A DNA stretch of 44,274 nt, taken from the NCBI GenBank assembly GCA_015492305.1, contig WGFJ01000012.1:1-44274 (forward strand), written 5' to 3'. Source of the stretch: Deltaproteobacteria bacterium. Lineage in GTDB: Bacteria > Desulfobacterota > GWC2-55-46 > S146-80. The translations under genes and the position numbers were made by a program. A model generated the notes under the pieces. It was not told the origin of the DNA. It ran no database searches and saw only the letters and a program-made list of their open reading frames with translations. Shown one piece after another: positions 37,117 to 44,274 of this stretch (its first letter is position 1; each line of letters begins with the position of its first letter).

Positions 37117-38159
37117 CCTCTCCCCCTGAAGGGTATCCTTGCAGCGGCAAAGGTGACCCTGCCCACCTTCTCCTTCCTGAAGAGTACCTCCCTTACCCCT
37201 GCAGACCTCATGGCTGCAGGCTCACACACACCGCCTATGCCGATGGCCTTCAAAACGGCATGGGAGGTGCCTGATGGCAAGGGAAGGTCCGAGAGTTCCT
37301 CACGGCTGAAAAACTCCACCCCAAGGCCGTGTCTCCTGGAGAAGGCAAGGAGCCCCTCTTCATCCCTCTTGACATCGATGGTTGCCACCCTTACCACAGA
37401 GAGGGGAGATATGCCCCATCTCCTGAGGACCCTCTGGTATGCCCTCTCAATCTCCTCAAGGCCAACCCCCCTCTCACAGCCCACCCCGACAACAACACTC
37501 ATTGGCCTGAGAAGGAGGCAGTCCTTTGGAAGATCCGGGCACACTCTCTCTGTGACCACCACGGATACCCCCCTTTGAGGGGCCCTCCCCAGGGGGACCA
37601 CTACACCCATCTCTCCGAGGATCTTTCCAAGCCTTTCGAGCCTTGCCTCATCATCCCCGGCACACAGGATCCTCTCACCCCTGAGGATGGCAGAGTTCAC
37701 GGACTTTATCCTCTCCACCCCCTCTATCCTGCATTCTATGGAAGAGGCAATGGCCTCTATGGAGGGGAGACCATGGACATCGGTGGCCGTTGTCACAACA
37801 GGCTGGGCACCGGTGAGCCTTCCGATCCTTTCTGCAAGGCGGTTTGCCCCGCCAAGGTGGCCTGAAAGGAGGCTTATGGCGTATCTACCGCCCTCATCCA
37901 TCACCACCACTGCAGGGTCTACATCCTTGCCCTTAAGGAGGGGGGATATGAGGCGGACGACGATACCCGCAGCCATGATGAATATCAGCCCCCTGTACCT
38001 CTGGAAGGCTTCACCCACGGCCTCCCTGATGTCCTCAAAGGGGGTCCCATCCCTTCCAAGGCCGGCAGGATGGTAGAGATCGGCCCCAAGCATGGAGGAA
38101 AGGTCCTTTCCAAGTCCAAGGCCCCTCTGGGTGAGGACGAAGACAGCGATCGAGTCCAT
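37113..38159 (-). CDS. cbiG: Cobalt-precorrin-5A hydrolase CbiG
   Basis: MAAGIVVR, DPAVVVMDE, SLLSGHLGGAN, TTATD, GVGC, GVCEPAA. Confidence 0.93.
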   Translation of the reverse strand: MDSIAVFVLTQRGLGLGKDLSSMLGADLYHPAGLGRDGTPFEDIREAVGEAFQRYRGLIFIMAAGIVVRLISPLLKGKDVDPAVVVMDEGGRYAISLLSGHLGGANRLAERIGRLTGAQPVVTTATDVHGLPSIEAIASSIECRIEGVERIKSVNSAILRGERILCAGDDEARLERLGKILGEMGVVVPLGRAPQRGVSVVVTERVCPDLPKDCLLLRPMSVVVGVGCERGVGLEEIERAYQRVLRRWGISPLSVVRVATIDVKRDEEGLLAFSRRHGLGVEFFSREELSDLPLPSGTSHAVLKAIGIGGVCEPAAMRSAGVREVLFRKEKVGRVTFAAARIPFRGRG

Positions 38160-38173
38160 GACAGGGAAAGGCC

Positions 38174-38326
38174 CTACTGCCTGCCCTTCAGCCCCTTTAC
38201 CTCGGCCTTCAACCTCTCGATCTCCCTTGCGAGTCTGCGCTGCTCACCGAACTGTTTGAGGAGGTATATGAGCACCCCCGTCCATATAACGGCATAGGCT
38301 GTAAAGAGGTAGATCCAGTTCTTCAC
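38174..38326 (-). CDS. ccmD: Haem exporter protein CcmD (not in ORF track)
   Basis: Read directly: GTG start, MKNWIYLFTAYAVIWTGVLIYLLKQFGEQRRLAREIERLKAEVKGLKGRQ*; TM plus charged tail, starts 1 nt after the ccmC stop. Confidence 0.85.
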   Translation of the reverse strand: MKNWIYLFTAYAVIWTGVLIYLLKQFGEQRRLAREIERLKAEVKGLKGRQ

Positions 38327-38327
38327 A

Positions 38328-39002
38328 TCAACCTCCTTCCTCAAGGGTCATCTTCAGGTCCTCCACCTCCTTATCCATCTGGGCAAGGTTGAACCTGTAC
38401 CACAGGAGCCAGAGATTGAAGAGGGTGAAGGTAACCATGACAAGGAGCATGACCTTCATCATGGTGGGATCAAGGCCCCCTCCCTCCTGGGAGAGGAGGG
38501 GATGGATCGATCTCCACCACCTTGTTGAAAGCCTCACAATGGGGACATCTATGAAGCCCACTATCCCTATCACAGCAGAGAACCTTGCCCTCCTTCCCGG
38601 GTCCGTCACAGCAGACCTCACCATGAAATAGGCCACATATATGAACCAGAGGATAAGGGTCGTGACAAGCCTGGGGTCCCATGTCCACCACACATTCCAC
38701 ACAGGCCTTGCCCAGAGCATACCCGTGATGAGGACGAGGGTCGTGAAGAGGAGGCCTATCTCCGCAGCACATGAGGCAAGCCTGTCCCACAGGAGGTCCT
38801 TCTTGAGGAGGTAGACGATGCTCGCTATGAAGACAACGAAGAAGGCTATAAAGGCCTGAAGGGCTATGGAGACATGGAAGTAGAAGATCCTCTGAACATC
38901 CCCCATGATCCTTTCGGTGGGCGCTATCCTGAAGGCACCATAGAGGGAGAGGATCATGAAGAGTATCACAGTGTAACCAAGGATCCTTGAAACCCTTTCC
39001 AT
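38328..39002 (-). CDS. ccmC: Haem exporter protein CcmC
   Basis: QRIFYFHV, WWD motif WNVWWTWDPRL, WWRSIHP. Confidence 0.94.
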   Translation of the reverse strand: MERVSRILGYTVILFMILSLYGAFRIAPTERIMGDVQRIFYFHVSIALQAFIAFFVVFIASIVYLLKKDLLWDRLASCAAEIGLLFTTLVLITGMLWARPVWNVWWTWDPRLVTTLILWFIYVAYFMVRSAVTDPGRRARFSAVIGIVGFIDVPIVRLSTRWWRSIHPLLSQEGGGLDPTMMKVMLLVMVTFTLFNLWLLWYRFNLAQMDKEVEDLKMTLEEGG

Positions 39003-39007
39003 AGGCT

Positions 39008-39688
39008 TTACTCCTCAAGGACGTATTCGAAGACGGCAATGGATAGGCTGAAGAAGAGGATATCAAAGGCAACAAGGAGCTTCAACCACTTTGATGCCTC
39101 CTCAAGGCCCTCACCCCTCATGACGATACCCGTGGCAGATACAGCGGCTATGATAACAGGCACCAGGATGGGAAAGAGGAGAAGGGGCAGCAGTATCTCC
39201 CTTGCCTTTGTGTTGACCGTTATGCCTGAAAAGAGGGTGCCTATCACGGAGAAACCCAGGGTGCCAAGGAAGAGTATGAAGACAAGGGAAGGCAGGTTCC
39301 TGTAAAGGGGCAGAAAGTCGTAGAGGAAGAAGAATACCACCCCTGTGATCACCTCCATTATGATCATGAACACGAGGTTGCTCAGGACCTTCCCGGAGTA
39401 GATGGCACTCCTTTCCACAGGTGATAGCATGAGCCCTATTATCCCCCCCTCTTCCTTCTCAAGGAGGAAGGACCGGTTGAGACCGAGGACCCCTGCAAAG
39501 ATGAAGGCTATCCAGAGCACACCGGGGGCATAGCGGAGGAGTTCTTCACCCCTCAGATCAAAGGCAAAGTTGAATACCACCACAACCAGGATGGAGAAGA
39601 AGAGCATTGAACTTATGACCTCCCTTGTGTGGAGCTCGAGGAGCACATCCTTCCACAGGATGGTGAAGACCGCCCTAAGGTAGGACAC
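39008..39688 (-). CDS. ccmB: Haem exporter protein CcmB
   Basis: WKDVLLE, PGVLWIAF, LLPLLLFPILVP; start moved to GTG 39688. Confidence 0.92.
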   Translation of the reverse strand: MSYLRAVFTILWKDVLLELHTREVISSMLFFSILVVVVFNFAFDLRGEELLRYAPGVLWIAFIFAGVLGLNRSFLLEKEEGGIIGLMLSPVERSAIYSGKVLSNLVFMIIMEVITGVVFFFLYDFLPLYRNLPSLVFILFLGTLGFSVIGTLFSGITVNTKAREILLPLLLFPILVPVIIAAVSATGIVMRGEGLEEASKWLKLLVAFDILFFSLSIAVFEYVLEE

Positions 39689-40391
39689 TCCCCATAACCC
39701 CTGCCGAGTAATAGACCTCCTGGAACCTCTCCCACGGGATGGAGGACCTCTCCTCAAGGTGGACCAGACGTCCCTTTGCCATTATGGCGAGCCTCTCTGA
39801 GAGCTCGTATCCCTCCCTGAGGTTATGGGTAACCATCACCACCGTCCTGCCCTCCTCCTTGAACTCGAGGAGGAGGGTCTTGAGGTCATCCACTGCCCTT
39901 GGATCAAGGCCGGAAAAGGGCTCATCAAGGAGGAGGATGGAAGGATCGTGCAAAAGGGCCCTTGCGATGGCAAGCCTCTGCTTCATGCCGCAGGAGTAGG
40001 TGGATACAGGGTCATCCTTCCTGTCAAGGAGCCTCACCCTTGCAAGGACCCTCTCTATCCTCTCCTGGATGTGGTCGACGGAAAAGAGGCGTCCGAAGAA
40101 CTGGAGATTCTTGTAGGCAGAAAGGGATGGGTAGAGACAGGACTGGTGGATGACCACCCCGAGCCTTCCCCTGATCTCACCGTTTGCGCTGTTAAGGGGC
40201 ACTCCATCGATAAGGACCCTCCCTGAAGTAGGGGTCACAAGGCCTGCCATTATCTTGAGGAGGGTACTCTTGCCAGCCCCGTTCTCACCCACGATCACAA
40301 GGAAGTCCCCTTCCCCCACTTCAAGGCTTACACCCCTGAGGGCCTCGTAGTGGCCGTACCTCTTCTTTACATTCTCAATGGTGATCTTCAT
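39675..40391 (-). CDS. ccmA: Haem ABC exporter ATP-binding protein CcmA
   Basis: GENGAGKST, YSCGMKQR, LLLDEP, VTH; upstream of ccmB. Confidence 0.9.
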   Translation of the reverse strand: MKITIENVKKRYGHYEALRGVSLEVGEGDFLVIVGENGAGKSTLLKIMAGLVTPTSGRVLIDGVPLNSANGEIRGRLGVVIHQSCLYPSLSAYKNLQFFGRLFSVDHIQERIERVLARVRLLDRKDDPVSTYSCGMKQRLAIARALLHDPSILLLDEPFSGLDPRAVDDLKTLLLEFKEEGRTVVMVTHNLREGYELSERLAIMAKGRLVHLEERSSIPWERFQEVYYSAGVMGSVLP

Positions 40392-41883
40392 AGATGGTCC
40401 TGTTGATCTCTTCAATCCTCATGAGGAGAAGATCCCTGTAGGGGGCGTAGAACCGCCTTGCCTCCTCATTGTTTCCTATCTCCCTTTCAAGCCTCTCAAG
40501 GAGGGTGGAGAGACGATCCCTCTCCTCCTTGAGTGCACCTGCCTCCCTTTCCATCTCCCTGCCCCTGCTCATCCTGATGTAGAAGAGCCCGGCGATTATG
40601 GATGATATGAGGGCAAGGATGATGGCTATCTCGTTCCTCCCTATGAGCCTGTAACGGGATGGATCGTAGATGGTGATCTTGGGGGAGAGTATGTAGGGGA
40701 GGGATTCATCATCCCCCTTTACATCCTTCCCTATATCCCTTCCCTCCCACCTGAGGAAGGACCTTCCCTGAAGCTCCGCAGTCCCTGCCTCCCTGAGTCC
40801 CTTCACCTTCACCTTCCAGTCCACACCCCTGGGGAAGTAAAACCTGAAGACCCGGTAAGGGGTTGTGATGGGAAACTGGAGGTCGAATCTTCCTATCTCA
40901 CTCCTCACCCGGTAGGTGAGCCAGAGGGTCTTCTCTCCCGGGGGGATCGCCTCCTGGAGCACAAGGCCATCGGTCATAGGAACGACCTCATTGAGATCCA
41001 CATCTCCATCAAGGGTGGGTTGCTCATAACCCGGAGGAAGGCCGACCTTCACCGTCTCGTTCATCTTCGTGGAGTCGTTGTAGCGACCCACATAGGTTTT
41101 GTTGCCCCTGTTCTTGATGGTCAGGACATCCACCATGTAGATCCCCTCACCCTTGACCCTCTCCACGAAGACATCCCTCTTCTCTATCTCTATGAGCCCC
41201 TCCTCATCGGAGATCTCGAAGACCTTGATCCTGACCTCCCCATCCCCCTTTGAGAGGTCGATTCCCCCACCCCGGTAGGGGATACCCCTGTACTCCACAA
41301 GGGGCATGGCAAGGAGCTTCTTACCGGACGGGACATCCAGAGAGAAGCGTGCAACTCCATTGCTATCGGTCACACCCTTGAGCTTCTCCTTCACCTTGTG
41401 GGCCTTGCCATCCTGTTCAAGGACATAGAGGATCACAGAGGCCCCGGTCTGAGGGGCCTTCAAGGTCCCGTTCTCGACCCTGACCTTCACCTCCGCAGCA
41501 AAGAGCTGAAGCGGCACCAAGAGGAAGAGGACAAGGAGGGCCATCTCCTTTTTCAGCCTCAGGACCTCCCTCTTTATGGCCTGATGGAGTTCCCTGCTCA
41601 CCCCCTCTGGAGGCTCAAGGTCCATGTCTATCTCCTTTATGGCCTCGATGGCCTCCTTCTTGAAGGCCTCCCTGAGCCTCCTGTACTCTTCAGGGGTAAG
41701 CCTTCCAGCTGCATACTCAAAGTCTATGTCATGGATGGCAAGGAGGGCCGCCTCCTTCCTCTCCTTGAGCCTTATGGCCCCAAGGCCTTTGCCAAAGGTC
41801 CAGGGCAATCTCCTTCCAAGGGGCTCCATAAGGTAGAGGACAGCCAGAGAGACGATGATGAATATGAGTATGGTGGCCATCAT
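40375..41883 (-). CDS. Ccm-associated membrane protein: CcmI-like N-terminus plus beta-rich extracytoplasmic domain and C-terminal TM/coiled coil
   Basis: TM then KEAALLAIHDIDFEYAAGRLTPEEY; internal signal-like MALLVLFLLVPLQLFA; ATGA overlap with the ccmF stop. Confidence 0.7.
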   Translation of the reverse strand: MMATILIFIIVSLAVLYLMEPLGRRLPWTFGKGLGAIRLKERKEAALLAIHDIDFEYAAGRLTPEEYRRLREAFKKEAIEAIKEIDMDLEPPEGVSRELHQAIKREVLRLKKEMALLVLFLLVPLQLFAAEVKVRVENGTLKAPQTGASVILYVLEQDGKAHKVKEKLKGVTDSNGVARFSLDVPSGKKLLAMPLVEYRGIPYRGGGIDLSKGDGEVRIKVFEISDEEGLIEIEKRDVFVERVKGEGIYMVDVLTIKNRGNKTYVGRYNDSTKMNETVKVGLPPGYEQPTLDGDVDLNEVVPMTDGLVLQEAIPPGEKTLWLTYRVRSEIGRFDLQFPITTPYRVFRFYFPRGVDWKVKVKGLREAGTAELQGRSFLRWEGRDIGKDVKGDDESLPYILSPKITIYDPSRYRLIGRNEIAIILALISSIIAGLFYIRMSRGREMEREAGALKEERDRLSTLLERLEREIGNNEEARRFYAPYRDLLLMRIEEINRTIYEDHH

Positions 41884-43865
41884 GTCCCCACAACCTCCCC
41901 CTCTGCTACAGGCACCCTCACCCCTGCCCTCTTCCTCCTCGGCACAACGGCAAGGATGGCCCCAAAGGTGGCCACCCCTGTGCCGATCCATATCCACTGG
42001 AGGAGGGGATCGATTATGGCCACAATGGTGACACTCCCGTCATTGTTCCAGCCTGCAAGGATGAGGTATATGTCCTCAACAAGGCCTGACCTTATGGCAA
42101 CCTCCGTTGTAGGCTGTCCCTGCTTGGTGTAGAACCTCTTTTCAGGGTAGAGGAAGCCAAGGTCCTTTCCACCCTTGAAGACCCTTATCTTCGCCCTTAC
42201 AGCCTCGTAGTTCCACTTCCTTCCCGGCTCAAGGCCGTTGAAGACAAAACGGTAGTCATCAAGGACCAGGGCCTCACCGGGCTTCAGATGGGCCTCATCC
42301 TTCTGCTGGAAGAAGCCATAGCCCACAAGACCCACCGTCATCATGACGATGCCCACATGGACTATGTAGCCCCCGTAACGGCGCCTGTTCTTTGAGATCA
42401 GTCTGCCAAGGGCCGTAAGTGCCCCTTCTCCTGTCATCCTCTGCCTTGCCCTTGTGCCATCGTAGAACTCGATGATGGTGGTCACAAGGACGAAGACGGA
42501 AAAGGCATAGAAGAAGACAGCCATGGGTCTATCGGCACCAAGGAGGATGATGGGGCCGACACTTGCCATCATCACAAGGGTGGGTATGGCAAACCTCCTC
42601 TTCAGGCTCTGCCATGAGGTGCTGCGCCACCCTATGAGGGGACATATACCCATAATGGCTATCATAGCAAGGAAGAGAGGGGTGTTGACCCTGTTGAAGA
42701 AGGGAGGACCAACGCTCACCTTGACCCCTTTGACCGCCTCTGAGATGATGGGGAAGATGGTCCCCCAGAAGGTGGCAAAGGCTATGCCAAGGAGGATCAG
42801 GTTGTTGTAAAGGAAGGTGCTCTCCCTTGAAAGGAGGGCCTCCAGCCTCTCCTCACCCCGGAGTTCCCTGTATCTTATGGATATGAGTATCATGCCAAAG
42901 ACAAGGACTATGCCAAGGAAGCCAAGGAACACATAACCAACCGATGACTGACCAAAGGCATGGACAGAGGCAACAACACCGCTCCGTGTAAGGAAGGTGC
43001 CGAAGATGGACAGGGAGAAGGTCAGAAGGATAAGGGCCATGTTCCATACCTTGAGCATCCCCCTTCTCTCCTGGATCATAACGGAGTGGAGGAATGCCGT
43101 TGCAGTGAGCCAGGGCATGAGGGAGGAGTTCTCAACAGGGTCCCATCCCCATACCCCTCCCCAGCCAAGCTCCCTGTAAGCCCACCAACCACCGAAGACT
43201 ATCCCCAGGGTAAGGAAGGTCCAGGAGAAGATGGTCCACCTCCTTGTCTTCCTTATCCACCAGCTATCCAGTTCTCCTGTGATAAGGGCAGCCATGGCGA
43301 AGGCAAAGGGAACGGTAAAACCCACATAACCAAGGTAGAGGGCAGGGGGATGAAAGACCATCCCGGGGTTCTGAAGAAGGGGGTTGAGACCATTTCCATC
43401 AGGGGGTGTGGTGGGCAGGAGCTCAAAGGGCGGAGTAACAAAGACAGAGAGGATGAGGAAGAATGCCTCCACAGCCCCTATTATGAGGGCCACATAGGGG
43501 AGGTAGAGGTGGATGCGATCCTTCCTGTTCTGATACATAACAATGAGGCCAAAGAGGGAGAGCAGCCATCCCCAGAAGAGGAGGGACCCATCCTGACCTG
43601 CCCACAGGCCCGTAACCTTGTAGAAGAGGGGGAGGGCCCTCTCCGAGTAGCCTGCCACATACCTTATCTGGAACCTGTCGGTGACAAAGGCGTATATGAG
43701 GGCAATGGCCGAGATGGTGTAGAGGAAGAAGATGAGGTAGAGCCCCCTGTACCCGCTCTCAATAAAGGACCTGTTCCTTCTGAAGAGGCCGTAAAGGATG
43801 GCAAAGAGGGTGTAAACCGATACCATCAGCCCTATGTAGAGGGCGTATCTTCCAAGATCGATCAA
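41880..43865 (-). CDS. ccmF: Cytochrome c haem lyase CcmF
   Basis: WAGQDGSLL, GLNPLLQ, HPP, WGGVWGWDPVENSSL, LTRSG, SVHAF. Confidence 0.96.
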   Translation of the reverse strand: MIDLGRYALYIGLMVSVYTLFAILYGLFRRNRSFIESGYRGLYLIFFLYTISAIALIYAFVTDRFQIRYVAGYSERALPLFYKVTGLWAGQDGSLLFWGWLLSLFGLIVMYQNRKDRIHLYLPYVALIIGAVEAFFLILSVFVTPPFELLPTTPPDGNGLNPLLQNPGMVFHPPALYLGYVGFTVPFAFAMAALITGELDSWWIRKTRRWTIFSWTFLTLGIVFGGWWAYRELGWGGVWGWDPVENSSLMPWLTATAFLHSVMIQERRGMLKVWNMALILLTFSLSIFGTFLTRSGVVASVHAFGQSSVGYVFLGFLGIVLVFGMILISIRYRELRGEERLEALLSRESTFLYNNLILLGIAFATFWGTIFPIISEAVKGVKVSVGPPFFNRVNTPLFLAMIAIMGICPLIGWRSTSWQSLKRRFAIPTLVMMASVGPIILLGADRPMAVFFYAFSVFVLVTTIIEFYDGTRARQRMTGEGALTALGRLISKNRRRYGGYIVHVGIVMMTVGLVGYGFFQQKDEAHLKPGEALVLDDYRFVFNGLEPGRKWNYEAVRAKIRVFKGGKDLGFLYPEKRFYTKQGQPTTEVAIRSGLVEDIYLILAGWNNDGSVTIVAIIDPLLQWIWIGTGVATFGAILAVVPRRKRAGVRVPVAEGEVVGT

Positions 43866-44274
43866 GTCCGCACCTCCTTTGATCCGGGTCCTTCAGGTGT
43901 CCCCTTTCTCTCGTACTTGGATGGACACTTCACAAGGAGCTGATCCGCCTTAAAGGTGTCTGTCCTCTCGTCGTATATGCCCTCGGCAACCACACTCACA
44001 CCCTCCCTCTCAAGGAGATCAGGAGGGGCACCGTGGTAGACCACCTGAAGGGTGTGGCCCGTCTTGTCATCCTTCAGGGCGAACCTGAGTTCAAGGTCCT
44101 TGGGATCGTAATTGACACTTCCGACAAGTAGCTCCCCGTTCACCCTCACCTTCCTGCCTTTGAGGCTCTCCTTCTGGCTCATGAACTCAGAGACGGAGAG
44201 GTAGTACATGCTCCCCGTCTGGATACCAACATACATGAGGTAGATGAGGGCCGAGAGGATCACACCTCCAAGGA
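43862..44274 (-). CDS. ccmE: Haem chaperone CcmE, CxxxY variant (N-terminus probably beyond window edge)
   Basis: YYLSVSE, VRVNG, VVAEG, LLVKCPSKY; reading frame is open to the window end. Confidence 0.92.
   Translation of the reverse strand, partial: LGGVILSALIYLMYVGIQTGSMYYLSVSEFMSQKESLKGRKVRVNGELLVGSVNYDPKDLELRFALKDDKTGHTLQVVYHGAPPDLLEREGVSVVAEGIYDERTDTFKADQLLVKCPSKYERKGTPEGPGSKEVRT

Noticed and set aside
36685-37578. 297-aa plus-strand ORF with poly-Glu runs
   Set aside because: Antisense of Leu/Phe-rich TM codons of the small membrane protein and of cbiG

Overview
Gene-dense bacterial chromosomal window. I saw no rRNA, tRNA, CRISPR array or mobile element. Heavy AGG-Arg/ATA-Ile usage and E/K/R-rich proteins suggest a thermophile, and the sigma54 regulation plus CxxxY-type CcmE suggest a deltaproteobacterial/Nitrospirota-like lineage (both inferences). 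Left to right: pyruvate carboxylase A (partial) and B with an AEC transporter; MEMO/AmrB and gltX; a minus-strand signalling operon (Xis/BldC-like HTH-REC regulator preceded by four 9-bp direct repeats, a hybrid kinase ending in REC-REC-degenerate GGDEF with an intact RxxD site, a DivK-like receiver); a dihaem cytochrome c and an HTH-MBL hydrolase; pntA1-A2-B coupled to a trehalose cluster (DUF5752, treT, mscS, otsA); a minus-strand run of a 60-aa ORF, cobQ, an AMP-ligase, cbiB, cobD, crcB, DUF190, a 52-aa basic ORF and an M48 protease; an NtrC-type activator followed by tandem palindromes, a consensus sigma54 promoter and a full chemosensory operon whose CheA carries MshEN-like motifs; and a minus-strand ccmE-F-(fusion)-A-B-C-D, cbiG, membrane protein/Mo-oxidoreductase, cbiH run. 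Two small genes missing from the ORF track were read directly from the sequence (19302-19460, 38174-38326). All family calls come from motif recognition only; no searches were run.
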